NCBI GenBank assembly: GCA_040758255.1
Contig: JBFLVX010000003.1
Span: 1-45,481, forward strand
From: Nitrospirota bacterium
Lineage (GTDB): Bacteria; Nitrospirota; Thermodesulfovibrionia; UBA6902
Length of the DNA: 45,481 nt
Direction: 5' to 3'
The position numbers and the translations under genes were made by a program. The notes beneath the pieces are model-generated. The model saw only the letters and a list, made by a program, of their open reading frames with translations, had not been told where the DNA came from and ran no database searches. This document shows, piece after piece, positions 9,192 to 18,236 of the stretch. The number at the start of each line of letters is the position of its first letter. The stretch's first letter is position 1.

Positions 9192-10431
9192 CCGCCTCTA
9201 TTATTAATGACGCGCATTGCCCTTCGTAACTCTGAGAGTTTACCATAATCCTTTTTGGAGATGCTCTCAGAGGTTTGTCATGTACGAGGTTGAACCTTAC
9301 ACTCTTATCTAAAGGCATGGCGTTAAGAGTTGCAGGGATTAAACCATGTTCAAGCATATGAACTCCGAGGATAATATTAACAGCAGGCGCGCCTGCAAAC
9401 ATATTTCCCAAAGCCCCTTTTGACGAATATACGAATATCTTTTCCATGCAGTCGGAGAATATCTGATTGATCGCCTCTGCCTCGTTCTTATCTCCCGAAT
9501 GTGTCCCATCCCCATGAGCGATAACCACATCTATGTCTGAAGGTATAAGCCCTGCATTCTCAATCGCGCTCCTCATTGCAATAGAGAGAGCATCAAAAGC
9601 AAAACCATAACCGGTGATCATTGCTTTGCAAGACGCCCTGCGCGCATGAGCGGATGAAAGAAGCTCAAGCGCAAGAATTCCGCAGCCTTCCCCAAGAAGA
9701 GTCCCGTTCCGGTCTGCGCTGAAAGGGCGGCATGCTGCCTCACGCTTATTCCCTGCTTTGCTTAATATTCCTGCCAGATCAGCGCGCGCCAGACTTGACG
9801 GAGAGACCTTTTCACTCACCCCGCCTGCAATTGCTATTTTTGCCTTTCTCTCAAAGAGCGCCCTGACCGCCTCTGCAATCGCTGCTGCTCCCGAGTCTGC
9901 GTGCGGAGCAAATACAGCATTTTCACCCCTTATATCAAGGCTTATGGCAACTTGGGAGAAGCTTATATTGTTGAGCATGGAGAGCGGCCATAGAGGGTGT
10001 ATCTCCTGATACGCTCCGGAGAAGAACTTCTTATAATCAAGGTTTCCATCGGCGTCCCTTGATTTCAGAAGAGCGGGCAGAAGGTCGTCTCTGTTATAGT
10101 CGACCATTCCCATACCTGCAAAGAAGCCTATATCTTCGCCTTCAATAGATGCTCTGTCAATGCGGGATTCTCTATAGGCGTCATGGCTGCACTTCATCAG
10201 CATGAAGGAGTGTTTATCCATTATCCTTGCGTCACGGGGATGAATGCCGAGGTCTGAAGGATTGAGGCCGTTCACCTGGGCTGCGGCGCGGCAGTCAAAA
10301 CCGCCTGCGTCAAAATCGTCTATCGGCTTTATGCCGCTCTTTCCGGCAAGCAGAGCATTCCATGTCTCAGATGCGCTGAGGCCAAGAGACGTTACCATGC
10401 CGGTTCCTGTTATGACAACTCTATCATCCAT
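9184..10431 (-). CDS. Ketosynthase-like protein lacking catalytic residues (chain-length-factor-like partner)
   Basis: KS fold; PHADSG where the neighbouring KS has SACAAG (Cys->Ala); KGALGN where it has KSMLGH (His->Asn). Confidence 0.8.
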   Translation of the reverse strand: MDDRVVITGTGMVTSLGLSASETWNALLAGKSGIKPIDDFDAGGFDCRAAAQVNGLNPSDLGIHPRDARIMDKHSFMLMKCSHDAYRESRIDRASIEGEDIGFFAGMGMVDYNRDDLLPALLKSRDADGNLDYKKFFSGAYQEIHPLWPLSMLNNISFSQVAISLDIRGENAVFAPHADSGAAAIAEAVRALFERKAKIAIAGGVSEKVSPSSLARADLAGILSKAGNKREAACRPFSADRNGTLLGEGCGILALELLSSAHARRASCKAMITGYGFAFDALSIAMRSAIENAGLIPSDIDVVIAHGDGTHSGDKNEAEAINQIFSDCMEKIFVYSSKGALGNMFAGAPAVNIILGVHMLEHGLIPATLNAMPLDKSVRFNLVHDKPLRASPKRIMVNSQSYEGQCASLIIEAVD

Positions 10432-10464
10432 AATTTACAGGCGTAATGAATTAGGCATAAGCCT

Positions 10465-11760
10465 TTATCCCTCAAACTTCCCAATACAGAGACACGCATT
10501 CTGTCCGCCGAAACCGAAGGAGTTGGATATTGCTCTTCTGTGTTCCTTATGTCTCGCTTCATTTGGCACATAATCAAGCCTGCACTTGGGGTCGGGAAAT
10601 TCATAATTTATGGTAGGCAGTATTATTGAACGGCTGATTCCAACGAGAGTAAGAATAGACTCAATCGCACCTGCTGCGGCTATTGTGTGTCCGAGCATTG
10701 ATTTATTCGAACTAACGGGGATTTCCTTTGCCCTTTCGCCGAAGACCTCTTTTATGGCAAGCGTCTCTCCTATATCGTTCTGAATTGTTGAAGTTCCATG
10801 CGCATTGATATAGTCAATATCTTCGGGGTTCAGAGAAGCATCATCCAGAGCGCCTTTTATTGCCAGAATTGCGCCCTTTCCTTTGGGATGCGTGTCAGTA
10901 ATCCTGTAGGCGTCTGCTGAAGAGCCGTAGCCCAAAAGCTCTCCAAGTATAGGCACTCCCCTTGCGCGCGCATGCTCCAGTTCTTCAAGGATTATAGCAC
11001 CGGCACCCTCTGACATTACAAAGCCGTTTCTCTTCCGGTCAAAAGGCCTCGATGCCTCCTGAGGCGTTGCATATTTTTCGGCAAGCGCCCTTATCAAAAC
11101 AAAGCCTACAAAGCCTGTAAAGTTCAGGGCTGCCTCACAGCCCCCTGCTACCATAACATCACATCTTCCATCCTGTATTATTCTCTGCGCCTCTCCTATA
11201 GCCTGCGCGCCAGCGGCGCATGCGGACACTATTGAAGTGTTTGCGCCTTTGCAATTGAAGAGGATGGAGAGAATGGACATTGCCGCATCAGGTTTTCTGC
11301 GGAAAAAATTGAGGTAGGAATAACCCCCAGCCTCCATCAGCTTCTTTATATCCCAGTTACCGTTGCCGTCATAGAACCTGTGGGTGAACATCATGTCTTC
11401 AATTGAAGGAGTGTCGCCATGAGAGCCTAATGAAACGCCGATCCTGTCACGGTTTTCAATCTCATCAAGCCTTGCCTGTTTTGCGGCCTCCAATGTCGCA
11501 ACCCGCATCAGCCTGAGCCCTCGGGATGAGATCTTATCGAATCTATGAGCGGCTTCGTCTTCAATGCCTTCAAGCCACGCATTATCAATCTCTCCGCCGA
11601 TGCGGCACGGCAGTCCTGTGGTGTCAAAGGCGGTTATGTAATCAACGCCGGAAGAGCCTTTGCTTGCTCTTTCAAAGGTCTCTTCGGTGTTCTTGCCGAG
11701 GGGGGTGACCATGCCGTATCCGGTAATGACCACCCTGCGTTTTGAGGTTTCTCTTGACAT
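10465..11760 (-). CDS. fabF: Beta-ketoacyl-ACP synthase II (FabF-type), intact Cys-His-His triad
   Basis: SACAAG, NAHGTST, KSMLGH, SNSFGFGGQNA. Confidence 0.88.
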   Translation of the reverse strand: MSRETSKRRVVITGYGMVTPLGKNTEETFERASKGSSGVDYITAFDTTGLPCRIGGEIDNAWLEGIEDEAAHRFDKISSRGLRLMRVATLEAAKQARLDEIENRDRIGVSLGSHGDTPSIEDMMFTHRFYDGNGNWDIKKLMEAGGYSYLNFFRRKPDAAMSILSILFNCKGANTSIVSACAAGAQAIGEAQRIIQDGRCDVMVAGGCEAALNFTGFVGFVLIRALAEKYATPQEASRPFDRKRNGFVMSEGAGAIILEELEHARARGVPILGELLGYGSSADAYRITDTHPKGKGAILAIKGALDDASLNPEDIDYINAHGTSTIQNDIGETLAIKEVFGERAKEIPVSSNKSMLGHTIAAAGAIESILTLVGISRSIILPTINYEFPDPKCRLDYVPNEARHKEHRRAISNSFGFGGQNACLCIGKFEG

Positions 11761-11796
11761 TATAATAAACCTGTATTTTTTAGGTTGCTGTAAAAA

Positions 11797-11899
11797 ATAA
11801 CAGGGAACTGTTTTCGAACGGCTTTTTTCGCTGAAAGCGAAAACCTCAGAGTCCCGGTTTTTCGGGACGAGAATGAGAGAGGAAACTGTTGCCTGTTAT
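11797..11899. repeat. Branched intergenic palindrome between ACP and KS genes
   Basis: ataacagggaactgttt/aaactgttgcctgttat arms enclosing tttcgctgaaagcgaaa and gtcccggtttttcgggac hairpins. Confidence 0.6.
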
Positions 11900-11915
11900 A
11901 TTCTATTACCGTAAA

Positions 11916-12476
11916 TCAGAATATCTTCTTCTCTTCCTGCACTTTTGTAAGCCACTCTTTTATCAGGTCGTCGCCGTTTTTAAATGCAGCATCAGCGCCG
12001 CATGAGCCGCACTTGATGCGAACTCCTTCAGCCTTCCATGCGGCATTGCCGCAGCCTGGGCATTTTTCAGGAAGGCTGTCAAGCACATCCATGACCCCGC
12101 CGGACATTGTACCAGCGGTAACCAGAGCCGGAATCTCATCCATATCCATGCCTGCGCTTAAATTAAATACATTGCCACTGTACCTCACCTTCAAAAGCTC
12201 AATAGCCTTATCTGTCAATCTGCCGTCTTCATCAATCGCCGAGCCTTCGCCGAACATCTCTTCAACATGCTCAAGCACAAAATGGCGCGCCAGCTTGATC
12301 CCAAAGGCCTGCTCCAGCCTGTAATTCACATCAAGGAAATCAAGAGATTCAGCGCCGAGATCATTGATCAATGAACTCTCCGGCTTTATATTTCCCTCAT
12401 CAACCCTCAGTGTTTCAACAATCGCCTTCTTAAGCTCATTAAAAACCTGCTCTTCAGTAATAAGGTTCTGCTTCAT
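11916..12476 (-). CDS. Extended acyl carrier protein with internal insertion and C-terminal Zn-ribbon
   Basis: DLGAESLDFLD phosphopantetheine motif; CPGC..CGSC near C-terminus; 186 aa. Confidence 0.8.
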   Translation of the reverse strand: MKQNLITEEQVFNELKKAIVETLRVDEGNIKPESSLINDLGAESLDFLDVNYRLEQAFGIKLARHFVLEHVEEMFGEGSAIDEDGRLTDKAIELLKVRYSGNVFNLSAGMDMDEIPALVTAGTMSGGVMDVLDSLPEKCPGCGNAAWKAEGVRIKCGSCGADAAFKNGDDLIKEWLTKVQEEKKIF

Positions 12477-12508
12477 AACTCCCCCTTTTATACCCCAAAA
12501 AATGCATT

Positions 12509-12663
12509 AGATAATGCAGATGTTGGGAAAGAATTTGTTTTTCGATACCTTTAAAATGTAATTATAATCGTTAGTCCAACGTATATTTTACTCAAAGCCA
12601 TATGCATAATATGATAAAAACTCATCGAGTTAAACAAATTCTTGAGCAATGTCTGCATTGTCT
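12509..12663 (+). repeat. Conserved intergenic stem-loop, copy 2
   Basis: agataatgcagatgttg/caatgtctgcattgtct; aagaatttgttt/aaacaaattctt; ttcgat/atcgag. Confidence 0.75.
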
Positions 12664-12673
12664 GTCTTGCCCA

Positions 12674-13453
12674 CTAACCCTTCTTCGGCGGCCTTAAAAG
12701 CCTGCTGCTCAGCCCCCTGTCAACCACTATCGTCTGCCCTCTTATTCCCCTGCTCTCAGGAGAACATAAGAACAACACTGTATCCGCTATCTCTTCAGGC
12801 TCTACGATCATCTCCTCAGGCATAAGCTCTATCTCTTCGATATATTGCCTCAAGACTTTAAAAGAATCAGTCTTGACAATGCCGCCGCAAACACCGTTAA
12901 CGGTAATTCCCCGCTCCTTCAGGCTCTCCGCTGAATCCCTCACTACGGACTCCATCGCAGCCTTCATTGAGCCGAGCGGATACGAAGGGTTATAAAAACG
13001 GCTTCCGAGGCTTGAGATAAAGACTATCTTTCCACCGCTCTTCTCAAGCAGTGGAAGCGCTTCCTGTATGCAGAAGATATTGCCGATATAATTGGTATCA
13101 ACAAGCTGTCTCAATTCCCGCTCAAGAAGCCTCTCAAGCGGTTTAAACGGAGCCCGCGCGGCATTCAATATAAGAAAATCCAACCGCCCGCATCTCTCTT
13201 TTGTTTCGTTAATCAGGTTTTTGACCGACTCTTTACTTGATATGTCCGCCTGAATGAGAAAGGCGCGGCGTCCAATCTCCTGAATCTCTTTGCATAATTG
13301 CTCGCCCTGCTCCTGCGATGCGCCCCCGGCCTTCCTGTAGTTTAAAACTATATCAGCGCCGGAGAGGGCTAATTTTCGGGCAATAGCGCTGCCTATCCCG
13401 CGCGAACTGCCTGTTATTAGAGCTGTTTTATCCTTGAAATAGTCCTGTTGCAT
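12674..13453 (-). CDS. SDR oxidoreductase, FabL-like enoyl-ACP reductase (FabG-type not excluded)
   Basis: TGSSRGIG, NAA, SSLGS..Y...YPLGSMKAA spacing closer to FabL than to the YxxxK of FabG. Confidence 0.7.
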   Translation of the reverse strand: MQQDYFKDKTALITGSSRGIGSAIARKLALSGADIVLNYRKAGGASQEQGEQLCKEIQEIGRRAFLIQADISSKESVKNLINETKERCGRLDFLILNAARAPFKPLERLLERELRQLVDTNYIGNIFCIQEALPLLEKSGGKIVFISSLGSRFYNPSYPLGSMKAAMESVVRDSAESLKERGITVNGVCGGIVKTDSFKVLRQYIEEIELMPEEMIVEPEEIADTVLFLCSPESRGIRGQTIVVDRGLSSRLLRPPKKG

Positions 13454-13625
13454 AACGTGTTATTTTATTCTAAAAGATGACTTAAGTAAACCCTTGTCTC
13501 TATGAAACCGGCTGTGAGACATGGCCTCCTCTCTCTGCAATAACAATCTGGTATAATGTTTTGATTCGTAATAGGTAATGTTAGAAGTTTTATGAAAAAA
13601 GAGAACAAAATATAAAACTACAGGA

Positions 13626-13830
13626 TTTCACCACAGAGTACACAGAGAAAAAGAATTTTAGGTTTTTAAAAAGCTCTGTGAACTCCGTGGTTGCTTCTTT
13701 TCCAGAATAATATCTTTTAACTAAGAGAAGTTACGGAACTAGTACTTATGAGGGTACAGAGAGAGGGAGGGAAGCAATTTTCTCATAACCTTTTATATTT
13801 AAATCTTTTCTCAGTGTGCTCTGTGGTTAA
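13626..13830. repeat. ACCACAGAG-type palindromic element cluster (copy B)
   Basis: caccacagagtacacagag...ctctgtgaactccgtggtt and ctcagtgtgctctgtggttaa. Confidence 0.75.
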
Positions 13831-13866
13831 TTTTTGACAATACGCTCGAATATTAAAGGAGGGACG

Positions 13867-14406
13867 ATGGCAGAAGAAAAGAAAGAACCCTGGCTCAACT
13901 ATCTTGCGCTTATGACAGTCATGCTGGCAGTCTGCGCGACGCTTGCAACTTTTAAGGGTGGCGGGTTCTCCACTCGCTCCGTGCTGGCGCAGTCGCAGGC
14001 ATCAGACCAGTGGGCATATTATCAGTCCAAAAGCATAAAAAGCTATATGTATGAGATGCAGAGAGACAAGCTTGAACTTGAATTGAGAGAGAAGAGGCAG
14101 AAGCTTACTCCCGATCTAATTGAGGATTACGAGAAGAGGGTCGAGGCCTATTCAGTCAAGATAAAAAAGTATGAAGAAGAGAAGGGGGTCATTGAGAAGG
14201 AGGCAAAAGCGCAGGAGTCCATTAGAGATGGGGCTCAGGAGCATGCCCGCATGTTCGGTATGGCGGTCATATTCCTGCAGATTGCGATACTCCTCTCTTC
14301 AATCGCGGCTTTGCTGAAGAAGAAGCCGGTCTGGATCATTGGGCTTCTAAGCGGTGCGGTAGGGATATTCTATTTCATAAATGGTTTTTTGATGGTTGTG
14401 AAATAG
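13867..14406 (+). CDS. DUF4337-family membrane protein
   Basis: ASDQWAYYQSKSIK motif, coiled coil, flanking TM helices; AAAGGAGG RBS before ATG 13867. Confidence 0.75.
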   Translation: MAEEKKEPWLNYLALMTVMLAVCATLATFKGGGFSTRSVLAQSQASDQWAYYQSKSIKSYMYEMQRDKLELELREKRQKLTPDLIEDYEKRVEAYSVKIKKYEEEKGVIEKEAKAQESIRDGAQEHARMFGMAVIFLQIAILLSSIAALLKKKPVWIIGLLSGAVGIFYFINGFLMVVK

Positions 14407-14483
14407 AGGCTTGTCTGAGTTATACTTTACAAGGAATGGCTATCTTGGCGTTTACATTGCATGATATGTTGAGGGAGAGATAG

Positions 14484-15329
14484 TTGATGAGCGATTCGCT
14501 TCCGATAGATGAATTTATTAAATCGAATGATGCTATTTTTCACTATACACGAGCTTCAGTTGCGCTTGAAGAAATTCTTTTCTATGGCAAATTTCGCTTA
14601 AGCCTACTAAAAGACACCAATGATCCATGGGAATATAAGTTCCAATTACTCAATATGTCTGGTTGGTCATTACCCAATGAGGTGATTGAACTATACGACA
14701 AGGCACATCCTGTTATTGATAGAATTATCAGGATGGAGAGTAGAGTGATGTGCTTTTGCTCAAATACAGTGCCCACGATTATACTCGATACCGGAGATAC
14801 TATCCGGGATACCGTAGTGAACACAATCGGTTGGAACAAGTCACGGATGTGGGCTCAATATGGTGAGAACCATCGGGGGATATGCCTTGTTTTTTCAAGA
14901 AAAGCAATAGAAGCTGAGTTCGCGAATATAAAGGAAGGGGTAATTACTGAAAATATGCAATACACAACGAGGGCGAGTATCCGCAGAAACGCCTATACAT
15001 TAAACGGAAATCAGCTTGTTAAGGATGGAGTTGAGAATTATTGTTATAATCATATCAAACAACATTCTGAGGCTCTTTTTTTCACAAAGTATATTGATTA
15101 TCGGGATGAGAGTGAGTATAGGGTAGTTGTGTTTGACCCTAATAATAAATACGAATACATCGATATAAAAAAATCAATCAAGTGTGTCATTTCAGGCGAT
15201 AGAACGCCAGATGTTTACTTCCCTCTGATACGGCAACTCTCAGACCGATATGGCATAGAGTGCAGACACGCATATTGGGATCGGGGAACGCCACATTTGG
15301 TTCCGTGTAAAGAGGATGAAAAAACCTAA
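14484..15329 (+). CDS. DUF2971-like protein, AT-richer than neighbours
   Basis: FHYT, NDPWE, MWAQYG..H.GICLVF, K...Y..E.EYR motifs. Confidence 0.7.
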   Translation: MMSDSLPIDEFIKSNDAIFHYTRASVALEEILFYGKFRLSLLKDTNDPWEYKFQLLNMSGWSLPNEVIELYDKAHPVIDRIIRMESRVMCFCSNTVPTIILDTGDTIRDTVVNTIGWNKSRMWAQYGENHRGICLVFSRKAIEAEFANIKEGVITENMQYTTRASIRRNAYTLNGNQLVKDGVENYCYNHIKQHSEALFFTKYIDYRDESEYRVVVFDPNNKYEYIDIKKSIKCVISGDRTPDVYFPLIRQLSDRYGIECRHAYWDRGTPHLVPCKEDEKT

Positions 15330-15378
15330 CTATTGCGTGCACAGTGAACGAGTGTCGCAGGACGTTTTTTTAAATCGC

Positions 15379-16005
15379 CTACACTTTTCTGAAACCCTCA
15401 ATGAGTGCTTTTATGGATTCTTCCACAAGTGAGTATTGCCCTGCCGCAAGCCGCTCCTTACTAAAAACTCCGCCGCCGAATGCAACAGCATCCGCGCCTG
15501 ATGAGAAGAATGGCCCGATCGTCTCCGATGTAATGCCTCCGCAGGCAAGAAGCTTAATATCCTGAAAAGGCCCTTTTATCTCCTTCATATACGAAGGCCC
15601 GAAGAAGTTTGCAGGAAATACCTTGACCATCGTTGCCCCGGCATTCCACGCATTATATATCTCCTGCGGGGTGAGCGCACCTGGGAAGACGGGGATGGAA
15701 TGCTTTACACAGTATTGCATCACATCTGAGACAAGTACAGGCATTACTATAAATGTTGCTCCGGCGTTAAGCGCGTTGTGGAGGTCTTTAAGCGACAATA
15801 CCGTGCCTGCGCCTATCGTGAGACGATCTCCGGCCGCATTCGACATCTGCCGGATCAATGCAGGCGCATCAGGGGTGTTCATTGTGATCTCAATCGTCTT
15901 GAGGCCGGAGGATACCACGGCTTCAGTAAGTGGCTCCACGTTCTCTGACGTGATGCCGCGCAGTATCCCTAAGATGGGCAGTTCTTTAAAGCGGTTTACG
16001 TCCAT
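15379..16005 (-). CDS. eda: KDPG/KHG aldolase
   Basis: ILRG, IEIT, IGAGTVL, PGALTP.EI, VKVFPA, GGI. Confidence 0.88.
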   Translation of the reverse strand: MDVNRFKELPILGILRGITSENVEPLTEAVVSSGLKTIEITMNTPDAPALIRQMSNAAGDRLTIGAGTVLSLKDLHNALNAGATFIVMPVLVSDVMQYCVKHSIPVFPGALTPQEIYNAWNAGATMVKVFPANFFGPSYMKEIKGPFQDIKLLACGGITSETIGPFFSSGADAVAFGGGVFSKERLAAGQYSLVEESIKALIEGFRKV

Positions 16006-16013
16006 GTTTCAAA

Positions 16014-16952
16014 CTAATCAACAAGGCTCTCGTAAAATTCCCTGTAGTTTTCCTTGTGCTCGCTGTCACGAAGCGCTATCGCACCTTTCGGGTGTTCATT
16101 CAGCATGCCTGCTATGGCGTAAGGAATGATGTAGCCCCATTCAAGTTTCTCCCTAAGAGGAATGAACTCCCTGGAGATGAGGTCGAGTATCGGGCGTAAG
16201 TCAAACTTCGGGTTCTTAAGGAAACCTACGAGTAGTTCGAGAGGGCAGTTGCCTGAGCCGCGCCCGATCCCGTAGACAGTGGCATCGAGATAATTGGCAT
16301 TATGAATAATCGCCTCGATAGTATTCGAGAACGCTAACTGCATGGAGTTATGCCCGTGAAAACCGATCTCTTTGGTCTTGATGATGGATTTGAACCTCTT
16401 CACCAGATGCTCTATATTCTCCTGATAGAGCGAGCCGAAACTGTCAACGATGTTGACAACATCCGCCTTACTCTCCTTCTCTATCTGATGAAGCGCCTCA
16501 TCAAGCTCCGGCCCCCTGTCTTTGGATATCGCCATTATGTTTATGGCGGTCTCATAGCCCTTGTCCGCAAAATGATTGCACATGAATATCGCCTTGTCTA
16601 TGTCCTTAACATAGGTGGCTGTCCTTATCACATCCACCGGGCTCTGGTCAGCGGGTTTTACATCGTCAAGATTCACGCGCCCCACATCAACCATAACAGA
16701 TATTTTAGTTTTGGATTCTATCCCGTCAATCGCCTTTTTTACGTCTTCATCATCACAGAATTTCCACGCGCCGTAATCCTTGGGAGAAAAGAACTCTTTG
16801 GAATTTTTATACCCGATCTCCATATAATCCACGCCTGCCTCAGATACCGCCTTATATACCTCACGCACAAAACGGAGATCGAATTGATGCTTATTGATAA
16901 GCCCCCCGTCGCGTATTGTGCAATCCAGAACCTTTATCTGTTCCCTGTACAT
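16014..16952 (-). CDS. HMGL-like/DRE-TIM aldolase catalytic domain protein (4-hydroxy-2-oxovalerate aldolase-like)
   Basis: DCTIRDGG, VDSFGS, GFHGHN, GRGSGN. Confidence 0.75.
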   Translation of the reverse strand: MYREQIKVLDCTIRDGGLINKHQFDLRFVREVYKAVSEAGVDYMEIGYKNSKEFFSPKDYGAWKFCDDEDVKKAIDGIESKTKISVMVDVGRVNLDDVKPADQSPVDVIRTATYVKDIDKAIFMCNHFADKGYETAINIMAISKDRGPELDEALHQIEKESKADVVNIVDSFGSLYQENIEHLVKRFKSIIKTKEIGFHGHNSMQLAFSNTIEAIIHNANYLDATVYGIGRGSGNCPLELLVGFLKNPKFDLRPILDLISREFIPLREKLEWGYIIPYAIAGMLNEHPKGAIALRDSEHKENYREFYESLVD

Positions 16953-17047
16953 GCTTCCTCCTTGATAAAATAAACTATTTACTGGACTATAAGTCTAATT
17001 TAATATTATAAAAATTGTAAAGTACCCTGATACTTTATAATACCTCC

Positions 17048-17368
17048 ATGAAGAAGAAGGCAAAAGAGCCGGCTGTCCCGGCGGAACGGCACGAGACTAT
17101 TCGCCAGAGCATCATAACTCTGCTTGAAGGACAGACCCTTTTCGCAAAAGAGATATCAGCAGATGTCAGGGTTTCAGAGAAAGATGTATATGAGCATCTT
17201 GAACATATACAGAAGAGGAGAGATGTGAGCCTGCTTGTCCTTCCTGCCGAATGCAAAAGGTGCGGTTATAAATTTATCAAGCGGGAGAGGCTTAGAAAAC
17301 CCGGCAGATGCCCGGAATGCAAAGGGGAATCAATACAGGAACCGCTTTTCAGCATCAGCAAAAAATAG
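17048..17368 (+). CDS. Small HTH + Zn-ribbon putative transcriptional regulator
   Basis: EKDVYEHLEHI, CKRCG, CPECK. Confidence 0.75.
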   Translation: MKKKAKEPAVPAERHETIRQSIITLLEGQTLFAKEISADVRVSEKDVYEHLEHIQKRRDVSLLVLPAECKRCGYKFIKRERLRKPGRCPECKGESIQEPLFSISKK

Positions 17369-17391
17369 TTCAGACGTGGAACAGACAGGTA

Positions 17392-18174
17392 CTACTTCAG
17401 CTGCTTTTCAATGAACCTATGGAGCAACGCAACAGCTCCGGCTATATCTTCTGTTTGCGGCAGGTATCTTGCGATTCTCTTTAAGTAATCCCGCTCCTTC
17501 AGCAGTCTGTATGAGGCTTTGAAATTCATGGCATAACCCCATGAGAGGTTCATTAATTTGAAATCATTCACGCTCCTTAGTGAAGCGTAAGATACCTTTT
17601 GCTCTTTATAAATACGCTCAAGTATCTCTTTTGAATATTCAGGCACATCAGGCAGTCCAAAGGCTGTTGCAGATGCCCTCTCCTCAGCCGGGCTCTCATA
17701 AAAATTAATGAATACCCGCAGTATATCGAGCTTGTCAGCATCACGTACTAATTTCAGAAAGAGAGTAAGCTCTTCGTCCTTAAGATCAGGCATCTGAAAG
17801 ACATTATGGAACTTCACGGAGTTGATGATTAGATGCTTCTCCGCATCTGCAAGATTCTTTAAGACAGCCTTCTCCTCCAGAATCCTTGCGCCAAGGAGGC
17901 CGTGATTAACTGATTTGTTGTCCTGAAAAGTCTTGTACTTTATATACTGCGAAAACCTTCCTACATCATGAAAGAGCGCTATCGTCTCCGCCAAGATCAC
18001 CTTCTTAAAAGAAAGAGGCAGGGACACTGCTATTTCTTTTATATTGGAGCATACATTCTGAGTATGCTCTGCCTTAAGACGGAGGTTTCTGTTATCGCCC
18101 TCATCGTCTCCAAAGAAAGAGCCTGTATAATCCGAGAACCACTCTTTTAGATAGTTAAGATCATCTCCGGTCAT
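17392..18174 (-). CDS. HD-domain phosphohydrolase
   Basis: K.EHT, LFHDVGRF.Q, NHG, RDADKLDI. Confidence 0.8.
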   Translation of the reverse strand: MTGDDLNYLKEWFSDYTGSFFGDDEGDNRNLRLKAEHTQNVCSNIKEIAVSLPLSFKKVILAETIALFHDVGRFSQYIKYKTFQDNKSVNHGLLGARILEEKAVLKNLADAEKHLIINSVKFHNVFQMPDLKDEELTLFLKLVRDADKLDILRVFINFYESPAEERASATAFGLPDVPEYSKEILERIYKEQKVSYASLRSVNDFKLMNLSWGYAMNFKASYRLLKERDYLKRIARYLPQTEDIAGAVALLHRFIEKQLK

Positions 18175-18236
18175 AAATTAAGTCTCACTTGTATTTTTTG
18201 TCCATGTTCTTTGCTCTTGGTTCTGTGTTCTATCCT

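Noticed and set aside
15623-16973. Long + strand ORFs (168 aa, 207 aa), and similar antisense ORFs across the window
   Set aside because: They are shadows of well-supported opposite-strand genes and carry no motifs.
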